A DNA stretch of 59,159 nt from Clostridia bacterium. Lineage in GTDB: Bacteria > Bacillota > Clostridia > Christensenellales > CAG-138. The notes below the pieces were generated by a model that saw only the letters and a list, made by a program, of their open reading frames with translations, did not search any database and was not told the DNA's origin. The translations under genes and the position numbers were made by a program. Positions 18,356 to 27,625 of the stretch are shown one piece after another (positions within the stretch are counted from its first letter, which is position 1; the number at the start of each line of letters is the position of its first letter). The stretch lies in the NCBI GenBank assembly GCA_036804025.1, contig DAIRTE010000004.1, forward strand, positions 1 through 59,159, in the 5' to 3' direction.

Positions 18356-19753
18356 ATGAACGTCTACCCAAAATCGGAACATCGCTTGGCGAATGCAACC
18401 GTCTGCATGGTGCGCGGAAAGGACGCGGACTACCTATGCGTGTCCGGTGCGAACCCCGGCTTTGCCGGCGAAATGTCGGACGGGGCGTTTCTCGCGCCGC
18501 TGACACACGAAAACGCCGAGGTGCTCCGCGCGGTTTTTCCGTTTACCGCGCCAAAGTCCGTGTTGGGTGAGCGGCGCACTTTTGGCGTTGGCGATCGACT
18601 CGGCATTGCGACGCCCGGGCACCTGCGCGTGTTTGAAGCATACGACGCGCTGCCCGTGCTCGCGCAGCAGTCCATTCGCGAGCTGAACCTGACGAAGCGT
18701 ACGTTTGCGGACGTGCTGGACTGCGCGTCGTTTGCGGTGTTTCGGGAGGATTTTCAGCGTGGGTTTGGTGCGGACGGCGACCATCTCAAGACGGACGAAG
18801 AGGTGGAATACGCGCTCGCCAACGGGTATACGATGATTACGCTCGATTGCAGCGAGCACATTCGAAACGACGCTGCCGCGTGGACGGACGAGGCGGTCGA
18901 CGCCGCCTACCGCCCGCGCGCCGACTGGGAGGCGCTTTACTGCGACAAAACGTTTGCTGTGGAGGATCAGCGCGTGTCGTTCAGCCAGCGGGACTTTCGC
19001 CGCGCGTCCCTGATCTATGGCGACGCGCTGGATCACGCCGCGCGCATCTACGAAACCCACCTTCGCAGTAAAGCGGTCGATTTCGAAATCTCCATCGACG
19101 AAACCGCCACGCCGACGACGCCCGCGCAGCACTACTTTGTTGCGAGCGAGCTGCTGCGCCGCGGGGTGCAGTTTGCGACCATCGCGCCGCGCTTTTGCGG
19201 CGAATTTCAAAAGGGCATCGACTACATTGGCGATCTAGAGCAGTTCGAAGCCGAGCTGCGCGTGCACGCCGCGATTGCGAGAAGCCTCGGCTACAAACTC
19301 TCGATTCACTCCGGATCGGACAAGTTCTCCGTGTTTCCGCTCATCGGGCGGTTGACGCAGGGCAATTTCCACGTGAAAACCGCGGGCACAAACTAGCTGG
19401 AGGCGATGCGCGTGGTCGCGATGACGGAGCCCGTGCTCTATCGCGAAGTGCATGCGTTTGCGCTTCGTTCGTTCGAAGAGGCGAAGCGGTACTACCACGT
19501 GACCACCGATCTAACTAAAATTCCCGCACTCGACACGCTGACAAACGCGGAGCTGCCGGGCCTGTTTGAGCAGAACGACGCGCGACAGCTGATTCACATT
19601 ACCTACGGGTTGATTCTAAACGCGGTCGACGAGCGCGGCGCGAATCTCTGGAAGCAGCGGTTATACCGCTGCTGGCGTGAGCACGACGGGCTGTATTGCG
19701 ATCGGCTTGAGGCGCACATTGGCCGCCACCTCGCGCTGCTGGCGGGGGAATAG
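18356..19753 (+). pseudogene. uxaE: Tagaturonate/fructuronate epimerase UxaE interrupted by a single in-frame TAG
   Basis: ORFs 18356..19396 and 19406..19753 share one frame, separated only by TAG at 19394..19396 (..KTAGTN*LEAMRVV..). Their combined length of ~465 codons fits UxaE. Confidence 0.8.
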
Positions 19754-19936
19754 ACAATTTCGTCCGCCTTCGGCGGAAACTTCTTCTAATAAAAAACGAG
19801 ACAGCTCAGACCGACAAACTTCAACGCTCTAAATCAAACATCTTTCTAAATCAACCGACACTTGAACAACAGAACCAGCAATAATCGGAACCAATTCAGT
19901 ATTCATTTCAAATCGGATGGAAAGGTATTGGCATCT

Positions 19937-21379
19937 ATGAAGAAGCTCAATTTCGGCGTGAAGCTCTCCTATGGCCTCGGGGATTTCTATGGCGGCGCCT
20001 CGGCCAGCATCATCGGCCTGTTTTTCCTCTTCTTTCTGACCAATGTCGTTGGCATTTCGCCGCTGGTCGCGGGGTCGATTGTGCTCTTTGGCCGCGCGGT
20101 GGACGCGGTGACCGACCCGCTGATAGGTGCCATCAGCGACCATACGCGCTCCAAATGGGGGCGTCGCGTCGCCTGGTTTTTCTTTGGAATTCTGCCGGTC
20201 GGGCTTTCGTATGTGCTCATGTGGGTGGTTCCGCCGTTTTCGCGCGGGTTGCAGGTTGCGTATTACTTCTTTGCGTATGCGTTCTTCTCCTGCGCGTTCA
20301 CGATGGTCATGGTGCCATACGGCGCGCTGCCGCAGGACCTGACGGCGGACTCCAACGAGCGGACGGTGCTGGTCAGCTTCCGCATGGCGTTCTCCGTGCT
20401 CGGCGGGCTGCTCTCCGCCGTGGTGCCCGATCTGATGATCAAACGCGCGGCGAACCTGAACACGGGCTACTTCATTATGGGCCTTTCGTTTGCCGTGCTT
20501 TTTATGCTCATTTGGCTCGTGATGTTCCTCTCGCTGCGCAACAAGGTGCAGGCGGAAATGCCCGCGACGACGGCGTCCCTCGGCGAATCCGTCAAGTACT
20601 GCGTGGGCAACAAGAGCTTTCTGCTGCTCTGCGCAATCTACCTGCTCTCGTTTATTCCAAACGACATCATGAGCAGCAACTTCAAGTACTTTATCAACGA
20701 CGTGCTCTTTATGGGCGACAAGTTTGCGCTGACCATGGGCGCGTTGATGATCTGCGCCGTGCTGAGCCTGCCGCTGTATGTCGCCGCGTGCCGCAAGGTC
20801 GGCAAGCGCAAGACGTTTATCTACGGTTCCGCGTTTCGCATGGCGGCGCTGCTGCTACTGTTCTTGCTGGGGCCGGATTCCTCGACGTTTCGGCTCGTGG
20901 CAATCGCCGTCGTCATCGGCATTGGCACCGGCGTTGCATATGCAATTCCCTGGTCCATGCTGCCGGACGTGACCGACCTCGACGAAGCCTACACGGGCTA
21001 CCGGCAGGAGGGCATTTACGCGGGCATGATGACGTTTATTCGAAAGCTCTCCAGCGGACTTGCGATTTTCCTCGTCGGGCTGCTGTTGCAGGTGTCCGGC
21101 TACACGGCGGGCGCACCGGAGCAGGCCGCGGTGACGAAGGACGTAATCGTCGGCATCCTCACGATTGTGCCAATTCTCTTCGTGCTGCTCGGCGTCTTCG
21201 CGGCGTTGCGCTACCCGATTGACAAGCATAATTTCCAGTCGATTCGAAACGTGGTGGAACAGCGCCGAAACGGCACCTTTGCCGCGTTGGACGAATCAAC
21301 GCAGAAGAGCCTGCTTGCGCAGATGAAGGAGATACTGGACGCGAAACGAAAGGGGCGCGCACATGCAGACCAAGATTGA
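19937..21379 (+). CDS. Glycoside-pentoside-hexuronide (GPH):cation symporter, glucuronide-type
   Basis: Start trimmed to MKKLNFGVKLSYGLGDF. Signature GRAVDAVTDPLIGAISDHTRSKWGRR. Multiple predicted TM segments (~12 expected for the family). Confidence 0.88.
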   Translation: MKKLNFGVKLSYGLGDFYGGASASIIGLFFLFFLTNVVGISPLVAGSIVLFGRAVDAVTDPLIGAISDHTRSKWGRRVAWFFFGILPVGLSYVLMWVVPPFSRGLQVAYYFFAYAFFSCAFTMVMVPYGALPQDLTADSNERTVLVSFRMAFSVLGGLLSAVVPDLMIKRAANLNTGYFIMGLSFAVLFMLIWLVMFLSLRNKVQAEMPATTASLGESVKYCVGNKSFLLLCAIYLLSFIPNDIMSSNFKYFINDVLFMGDKFALTMGALMICAVLSLPLYVAACRKVGKRKTFIYGSAFRMAALLLLFLLGPDSSTFRLVAIAVVIGIGTGVAYAIPWSMLPDVTDLDEAYTGYRQEGIYAGMMTFIRKLSSGLAIFLVGLLLQVSGYTAGAPEQAAVTKDVIVGILTIVPILFVLLGVFAALRYPIDKHNFQSIRNVVEQRRNGTFAALDESTQKSLLAQMKEILDAKRKGRAHADQD

Positions 21380-22835
21380 TCAGGCGAAAGCCCGCGCAAA
21401 AGAGTATCTATTCTCGTTGCAGGTTCGCCCCGGCGTGTTTGACTACTCCGCCTATAACGGCGGGCGGGAAGAGGGCATGCTGCTGCCCGGCACCTACAAC
21501 GCCGTAAACGCGCTCGGGCTGATGAAGCGGTTGGACGCGGTCAACGCGGCGGAGTCGGCTGCGTTCTTGCGCGCGCACCGCCAGCGGAACGGTTTTTTCC
21601 GGATGCACGGCATGCGAAAAAACGAGCTGACCTATCCGAGTTTTGAATACGACGATTTGCACATCACGAACTACGCCATGTCCGCGCTCGACTACCTCGG
21701 TCAGCGTCCGCAGGCGGGCGGGCTGCGCTTTTTGAGCCGCTACACCGGCAAGCGGCTGGAACGTTGGCTTCAAAAGCGCGATTTGTCGAAACCCTGGAGC
21801 GAGGGGAACTACCTCGTAAACGTTGCGTCGTTCCTCATTGAGGGCGCAAACCTTGGCCTACGCGGCTGCGAGGCGGGCGTTTGTGCCATGCAGCGCTGGC
21901 ACGAAACCGCGCAGGACGAATTCGGCTTCTTTCACGACACGTCGATTCAGGATCTGACGAACGCCTTTGCCGGAGCCACACACGATTATCACCTCTACTA
22001 TTTTTACGATACGCCGATTCCGCAGTACCGCGCGGTAGTGGACTATATCCTGACGCGTCCCACCGATGCGGACAGCGCCTGCATCGACGTGGACGAGATG
22101 GACGTTCTTTTTCACTTCTATCGATTTGGCTACCGCGAGGCGGACATCCGCGTCTGGGTGGAGCGGAAGCTTTCGAGCATTCTTGCGCTGCAACGCGAGG
22201 ACGGGGGCTTTCCGGATGCGCTGGTTGGCGAGCTGATGTTTGACGGCTGGTCGAAATACCGCGAACCGCAGGGGAATTCCAACGCGTTTGCCACGTGGTT
22301 TCGGCTCATCGCCATCGGCATGGCGGACGTGCTGCTCTATGACGGGGCTGATCGCTGGACGTTTCGGCGAACGATTGGCATTGGCTACGCGAACCCGAAC
22401 TATCTGCCGAACGGATTTTCGGAGGACGAGCTGCTGCCCAAGCAGGCGGCGGTGCTGCGCCGCGCAGAGGAACAGCGCGAGCGGATGCAGAACGATCCGG
22501 TGTTTCAAAATTTGCAGGACGCGCGCGTGGCCGACCTCGTGGAGACGTTCACGAAAAAGATGGAGACCTGCGACAAAACGCTGCTCAACTACAACGCGCG
22601 CTTTACGTTTGTGCTGCTCAACGAGGGCGCGTTCGGTATCGCCATTGAGGACGGCGCGGCTACGGTGTCCGCCGGGGTACTGCCGGGCAGCCAGCTCACC
22701 GTGATTACGGATCGCAAGACGCTCGGCAAGCTGATGAGTAAAAAGCTCGACAGCAAGATGGCCTACGCGCTGGGAAAAATCAAGATTCGCGGAAACATTT
22801 CGCTCGCGTTGAAACTCGGAGGACTGCTGGTATGA
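21363..22835 (+). CDS. Alpha/alpha-toroid (prenyltransferase/terpene-cyclase-like repeat) protein fused to a C-terminal SCP2 sterol-carrier domain
   Basis: QxxDGGF/QxxNGFF-type repeats (LQREDGGFPD, HRQRNGFFR). C-terminal SCP2-like KLDSKMAYALGKIKIRGNISLALKLGGLL. Overlaps the upstream gene by 17 nt and the downstream gene by 4 nt. Confidence 0.7.
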   Translation: MQTKIDQAKARAKEYLFSLQVRPGVFDYSAYNGGREEGMLLPGTYNAVNALGLMKRLDAVNAAESAAFLRAHRQRNGFFRMHGMRKNELTYPSFEYDDLHITNYAMSALDYLGQRPQAGGLRFLSRYTGKRLERWLQKRDLSKPWSEGNYLVNVASFLIEGANLGLRGCEAGVCAMQRWHETAQDEFGFFHDTSIQDLTNAFAGATHDYHLYYFYDTPIPQYRAVVDYILTRPTDADSACIDVDEMDVLFHFYRFGYREADIRVWVERKLSSILALQREDGGFPDALVGELMFDGWSKYREPQGNSNAFATWFRLIAIGMADVLLYDGADRWTFRRTIGIGYANPNYLPNGFSEDELLPKQAAVLRRAEEQRERMQNDPVFQNLQDARVADLVETFTKKMETCDKTLLNYNARFTFVLLNEGAFGIAIEDGAATVSAGVLPGSQLTVITDRKTLGKLMSKKLDSKMAYALGKIKIRGNISLALKLGGLLV

Positions 22836-24784
22836 CCGGATGGGTTGTACTCTTTGCGGTGCTGGGCGTCGTCGCTTGCCTGCTGCTGTTCGTGATTTGG
22901 CAGCTGTTCGGGGTTCGGCGGGCGCCGCGTCCGAAGCTGCCGCTGGAGCGGCCAAACGGGCTGCCCGTGCTGCTGCAAAACGGCCTGCCGTATCCCGGCA
23001 GCTTTGCGCGAACGAGCAACTCCACGCGCTCGCTCGACGGCAACTGGCGTTTCGGCCTCGGCGACGTAATCCGCGATCCCACCATAGAGATGAAGAATGT
23101 TACGGTGCCGGTGTCGTTCAACACGCTCGACTGCGATCTGGCGTTCTATCAGGGGCCGTTCTCTTATATAAAGACGTTCTATGTGGACGCGCTGGAACCG
23201 GGGCTTGATCGCCTCTGTCTCAAGAGCGTCGGCGGAGCATGCAGCGTAACCCTCAACGGGCAAAAACTCTGCGACAACACGGACTCCTACCAGCCAATCT
23301 TTTGCGACGCCACCGGCGCGCTGCGGGCGGGCGAAAACACGCTCGTCGTCGTTGGGGACAACACCCCGACGCAGACGACGCTTCCGCCGAGCCAGTTTCC
23401 GGGTTCCAAACTCGGCTGGCATGTCTACGCGGGCATCACGAAGGGCGTGCTGCTGGAGCACCTGCCAAAGCAATACTGCGTGTACCTACGAATTGCGGCG
23501 GAAGGGGAGCGGCTGCGCGGCTGCGCCGTGTACGCCGGGCACCCGAAGGGGTGCCGCATTCGCCTGCTGGACGGCGCGCGCATACTCGTTGAACAGGAGC
23601 TGACGCTGCGCCCGGCCGGGGACTATTCGACCGCCGAGTTCGAGCTGGAACGCCCGCAGGGGTTGCTCGATTGGCAGCCGAACGAGCTAAAGCTCTATAC
23701 GCTCGAAGCGCAGACGGAAGGGGAGACCGTTGCCATCGAAACGGGCTTTCGCAGCATCCGGGCGGAGGGGCAAGCGTTGCTGCTGAACCAATCGCCCTTT
23801 ACGGTGCGTGGCGTCTGCATGCACGAGGAGGATATTCGGTTGGGCAGCGCGCTGGATCGCGCGGCGGTCGAACGAAATCTCTCGCTCGCGCAGGAGTTGG
23901 GCTGCAACTTCGTCCGCCTCGCGCACTATCCGCACGCGGACGAAACGCTGGAGCTTTGCGACCGGAGCGGGCTCTGCTGCTGGAGCGAAATTCCGAACTA
24001 TCAGGCGGGGTTGGGACTTGTGCAGCGGCTGTTTGGCAAGAGCAAGCAGCTTCGGCAGCGCGTGACGGCGGCAAAGGTCGTCGAAAGCCTGCTTGGCACG
24101 AGGCAGCTGCTCAACGAGCAATACCTGCTGGACGCGGGCGTTCAGCTCGCGAAGATGGTACTCCGCTTTCAAAATCACCCTAGTGTGCTCTTCTGGGGCG
24201 TTGGCAACGAGTGCTTTGCCTACACGCCCGCCAGCCGCCGCGCGCTGCGCTTTCTTCGGGATACGGTGCGCGCGTTTGACCAGACGCGACTCGTCGGGTA
24301 CGCGGCGTTTACAATTCCCAAAATCACACAGCGGTTTGAGCAGTCCTTTCGGGAGTTTGACGTGGTTTGCGCCAACGAATACTTCGGCTGGTACTATGGT
24401 GAGCCGGACGACTGCGAAACCTTCTGGCGGACGCTGAGCCGCAAGTACCGAAAACCGATGCTCTGCACCGAAACAGGCAGCGATGCGCGCTTTGGCGCGA
24501 GCGGCGTTGACCTCGTGAGCAAAAACGCCAACAGCGAGGACTATCAGGTACGCATGCTGGAGCGGCACCTGCGGCTCACCGGTGAAGTGCCGGGGTATTG
24601 CGGCACCTGCATCTGGGTGCTCAAGGACTTCTTCTGCGACGAATACGGGGCGGAGGATCTGGTTCCGCACTGCAACGCAAAAGGGCTGGTTTCTGCTCAG
24701 TACCAGAAGAAGAAGGCGTTTTTTGCGGTACAACAGCTCTACCAAGCCGAACAGGAACAGGAAAATGGCGCACAAAACCGATAG
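22832..24784 (+). CDS. Glycoside hydrolase family 2 (beta-glucuronidase/beta-galactosidase-like) with N-terminal membrane anchor
   Basis: N-terminal TM WVVLFAVLGVVACLLLFVIWQLF followed by RRAPRPK. GH2 blocks NFVRLAHYPH, WSEIPNY, WGVGNEC (acid/base) and LCTETGSDA (nucleophile). Confidence 0.85.
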   Translation: MTGWVVLFAVLGVVACLLLFVIWQLFGVRRAPRPKLPLERPNGLPVLLQNGLPYPGSFARTSNSTRSLDGNWRFGLGDVIRDPTIEMKNVTVPVSFNTLDCDLAFYQGPFSYIKTFYVDALEPGLDRLCLKSVGGACSVTLNGQKLCDNTDSYQPIFCDATGALRAGENTLVVVGDNTPTQTTLPPSQFPGSKLGWHVYAGITKGVLLEHLPKQYCVYLRIAAEGERLRGCAVYAGHPKGCRIRLLDGARILVEQELTLRPAGDYSTAEFELERPQGLLDWQPNELKLYTLEAQTEGETVAIETGFRSIRAEGQALLLNQSPFTVRGVCMHEEDIRLGSALDRAAVERNLSLAQELGCNFVRLAHYPHADETLELCDRSGLCCWSEIPNYQAGLGLVQRLFGKSKQLRQRVTAAKVVESLLGTRQLLNEQYLLDAGVQLAKMVLRFQNHPSVLFWGVGNECFAYTPASRRALRFLRDTVRAFDQTRLVGYAAFTIPKITQRFEQSFREFDVVCANEYFGWYYGEPDDCETFWRTLSRKYRKPMLCTETGSDARFGASGVDLVSKNANSEDYQVRMLERHLRLTGEVPGYCGTCIWVLKDFFCDEYGAEDLVPHCNAKGLVSAQYQKKKAFFAVQQLYQAEQEQENGAQNR

Positions 24785-24823
24785 AAATGGATGCAAGCTT
24801 GCTGGCTCATTCCTTCAGAAACT

Positions 24824-24856
24824 AAGAGCAACCCCATTACGGAGTTGCTCTTTTGG
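24824..24856. terminator. Bidirectional terminator between the convergent GH2 and fda genes
   Basis: AAGAGCAAC ... GTTGCTCTT hairpin, followed by TTGG on the plus strand and TAGTTTCT on the minus strand. Confidence 0.6.
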
Positions 24857-24913
24857 TTGCGGCGTACTGGTTTGTGCGACCAGAGATTTTGAACAGTCGT
24901 TTTCAGCCCTTTA

Positions 24914-25804
24914 TTATTTCTCAATCGACGCGGCATAGATGCTCCGAATGGAGGCCGATAGCGTTTCGTTGAACTGCTCGTCCGTCTGCCCAGCGAAGAG
25001 CCCTTCGGCCAGCGCGCGGGAGAAACTCGCAATCAGGCCGGGGTTGCGGGCGAGCTTTTCGTTTGCTTCCGCCTGCGTGTATCCGCCGGAGAGCGCAACC
25101 ACGCGCAGCACGCGCGGATGGCGCATTACGTCGCTATAGAACCCGTCCACCGAGGGAATGGAAAGCTTGAGCATCACGTTCATCGATGCGGGCAACGCGT
25201 CCAGATGCCTGAGCAGCGCCTGCTTGAGCAGCACCTCGGATTGCGCTTTGTCCGCACTGTGGATATCCACCTCGGGTTCGATGATTGGAACCAGCCCGGC
25301 ATCCAGAATCTGCCTGCCATACAGAAACTGCTGCTCTACGACGCGGTCAATCCCTTCCTCGGTAGCCTGACTGATGACGGAGCGCATCTTCGTGCCAAAG
25401 ACGTTGCGGGCGACCGCACGCTCGAGCAACGCGTCCAGACCGTTGATCGGTTTCATGAGCTGCACGCCGCCTTCCAGCGGGGCCAAGCCCTGATCCACCT
25501 TTAGAAACGGAACAATGCCTTTCACATTCCAGAGGTAGTCCGCCGTGAATTGGCCTTCCACCTTGCGATCCATGGTTTGTTCAAACAGGATCGCGCCCAG
25601 TATGGATTGGCTCGTAAACGCCGGACTCGTCATGATGCGGGTGCGCATCTGGTGCACGAGATCAAACATCTGCTCGTCGCCGGAGTACGCGCTGCGTGGA
25701 ATGCCATAGTGCTCCAGCGCCTTTGGGGTACTGCCGCCACTTTGATCCAGCGCCGCCAGAAAGCCCTTGCCCGTACGAATCAATTCCTGTTGTTTGTTGT
25801 TCAT
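24914..25804 (-). CDS. fda: Fructose-bisphosphate aldolase, class I (Gram-positive Fda type)
   Basis: 296 aa, collinear with staphylococcal Fda: [56 protein letters not shown]. Confidence 0.92.
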   Translation of the reverse strand: MNNKQQELIRTGKGFLAALDQSGGSTPKALEHYGIPRSAYSGDEQMFDLVHQMRTRIMTSPAFTSQSILGAILFEQTMDRKVEGQFTADYLWNVKGIVPFLKVDQGLAPLEGGVQLMKPINGLDALLERAVARNVFGTKMRSVISQATEEGIDRVVEQQFLYGRQILDAGLVPIIEPEVDIHSADKAQSEVLLKQALLRHLDALPASMNVMLKLSIPSVDGFYSDVMRHPRVLRVVALSGGYTQAEANEKLARNPGLIASFSRALAEGLFAGQTDEQFNETLSASIRSIYAASIEK

Positions 25805-25997
25805 CGCAATGCCTCCGTTTCATCATCAATATTTTAGGGGATACCGGTTGCAACCGTTGAACCGAATGGGTCTATTCGAACGCTCGGAAAAATCGGGATG
25901 TTGCCGGAAATAATCCTCTTGTTTGAATCAACTTTACAGTAGCAGAGTGCGTTCGTTTGTTCTGTAACTGTCTTACGATTGAGCCGTTTGCCGGTCT

Positions 25998-27257
25998 TTA
26001 CTGAAAGGAGCTGATTAGAAGCGCAATGTTCAGCACCGTCACGATGATGCCGATGGACCAAAGAATGACCTTGCCCAGCTTGGAGTTTGCGTATTTGCCC
26101 ATCACCTTCTTGGATGATGTCAGATACACGAGCGCAAAGATGGTAATCGGCAGCTGCACGCTGAGCAACATCTGCGAATAGATCAGCCCGTCGAACGGGG
26201 AACGAATCAAAAAGATGATCAGCGTCGCGGGAACCATGGTGAGCAGAACGCCGATCTTCGTGTGCTTGTCCTTAATGTCGTACGGTTCACAGAAGATGCC
26301 CGCAAAGATGCTGCCGCCCGCCATACCGGCGGTGATGCTGGAGGAAAGTCCCGCAAACAAGAGGGCAATGGCAAAGACGATGCTGGCGGCGTTCCCCAGC
26401 AGGGGCTTGAGCATCTGCTCCGCCTGCGTCAGATCCGTTACCGTCGTATTCGTGGCAAAAAACGTTGCGGCGGCCATGAGGATCATCGCGCTGTTGATCG
26501 CCCAGCCGATCATCATGGAGACCAGCGTGTCGGTGAACTCAAACTTCAGTTGTTTGTGAATAACGGCTTCGTCCTGCAGGTTCCATTGCCGACTCTGGAT
26601 GATTTCCGAGTGCAGAAATAAGTTGTGCGGCATGACGACCGCGCCGAGCACGCTCATGATGACGAGCATGGCGCCCTTGGGAAACGACGGCGTCACCCAA
26701 CCGGCGGCAGCCGCGCCCCAGTCGGTATGGATGATGCAGATTTCAAAGAGAAACGACAGGCCGATTAAGGAAACAAACCCGATGATGATCTTTTCGATCT
26801 TTTTATAGGAGTTGGTAAACTGAAGCACGAGCGCAACCGCGAGCACCAGCACGGCACCGAGCTTGAGCGGCAGATGAAACAGCATGTTCAGCGCGATGGC
26901 GGCGCCCAGAATTTCCGCCAGCGCCGTGGAGACCGCCGCGGCAATGGACGAGCCCAATACAATGTTGCGAATCCAAGGCGCGAAATACTCGGTTGTCGCT
27001 TCGGAAAGGCACTTGCCGGTAACGATGCCGAGGTGCGCCGCGTTGTGCTGTAAGACAATCAGCATAAACGTGGACAGCGTGACCATCCAGAGCAGCGTAT
27101 AGCCGTATTGTGATCCCGCCGCAATGTTGGACGCCCAGTTTCCGGGATCGATGAATCCAACCGTGACCAGAAGGCCGGGCCCGAGATACTTGAGAAACGC
27201 CGCCGCTTTGCTGTTGTATGCGTCCGGCTTAAAAAAGGACTTCCACTTTTTTTCCAT
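25998..27257 (-). CDS. mntH: Nramp-family divalent metal (Mn2+/Fe2+):proton symporter
   Basis: DPGNWASNIAAG signature, MPHNLFLHS motif, 419 aa, multi-TM. Confidence 0.92.
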   Translation of the reverse strand: MEKKWKSFFKPDAYNSKAAAFLKYLGPGLLVTVGFIDPGNWASNIAAGSQYGYTLLWMVTLSTFMLIVLQHNAAHLGIVTGKCLSEATTEYFAPWIRNIVLGSSIAAAVSTALAEILGAAIALNMLFHLPLKLGAVLVLAVALVLQFTNSYKKIEKIIIGFVSLIGLSFLFEICIIHTDWGAAAAGWVTPSFPKGAMLVIMSVLGAVVMPHNLFLHSEIIQSRQWNLQDEAVIHKQLKFEFTDTLVSMMIGWAINSAMILMAAATFFATNTTVTDLTQAEQMLKPLLGNAASIVFAIALLFAGLSSSITAGMAGGSIFAGIFCEPYDIKDKHTKIGVLLTMVPATLIIFLIRSPFDGLIYSQMLLSVQLPITIFALVYLTSSKKVMGKYANSKLGKVILWSIGIIVTVLNIALLISSFQ

Positions 27258-27301
27258 ACAATCCCTTGCATACGGGTATATTTACTGCATTGATTATGCT
27301 T

Positions 27302-27312
27302 AGTATAGCACA
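27302..27312 (-). promoter_or_regulatory. Extended -10 element for mntH
   Basis: Minus strand TGTGCTATACT, about 45 nt upstream of the mntH ATG. Confidence 0.5.
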
Positions 27313-27473
27313 ATCTGGAAAAAATCGATCGTGGTGATATACAACTAAAAGGTGTCAAAAGGCGGCGCATGCGGGAACAGCACCCGCCCCAAAGGAGCGC
27401 GGGAAGACGCGAAAAGATTCGCCGTATGGATTCATATCAGACGGCGATCGTCGGGGCTCATATGAAATACGTA

Positions 27474-27502
27474 TGATTTCAGTTTTCCGATTGTGGTATA
27501 CT
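27474..27502 (+). promoter_or_regulatory. Extended -10 promoter for the tocopherol-cyclase-like gene
   Basis: TGTGGTATACT (27492..27502), nearly identical to the mntH element, with a weak -35 TGATTT. Confidence 0.5.
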
Positions 27503-27625
27503 CGAACTAAACAGCTCTATATTCTTGAAATTGAGGCATAGGCTTTGTGCTTCGGTGCATAGCCCGTTCTATCAAGATAGACGCAATATCGAACCGAAAT
27601 GCGAGTTGGATCGGAGTACCAGATC

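Noticed and set aside
19394-19396. Genome-wide TAG reassignment or pyrrolysine as the explanation for the in-frame amber codon in uxaE.
   Set aside because: Several well-delimited genes in this window end in TAG (kinase at 67, 5971, mglA 10041, esterase 11909, uxaE 19753, GH2 24784, histidine kinase 58097). No pyl genes are present.
25844-25855. The 12-bp palindrome CGGTTGCAACCG ~40 nt upstream of fda as a glycolytic-regulator operator.
   Set aside because: It is a single short GC palindrome with no second site or recognisable consensus, so it could occur by chance in GC-rich DNA.
27258-27490. A manganese riboswitch (yybP-ykoY type) or other RNA element upstream of mntH, and a 16-codon ORF at 27426..27476.
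   Set aside because: The mntH extended -10 lies only ~45 nt from the ATG, leaving no room for a riboswitch. I could not recognise its conserved motifs. The mini-ORF has no RBS. The ~180 bp between the two divergent promoters stays unassigned.
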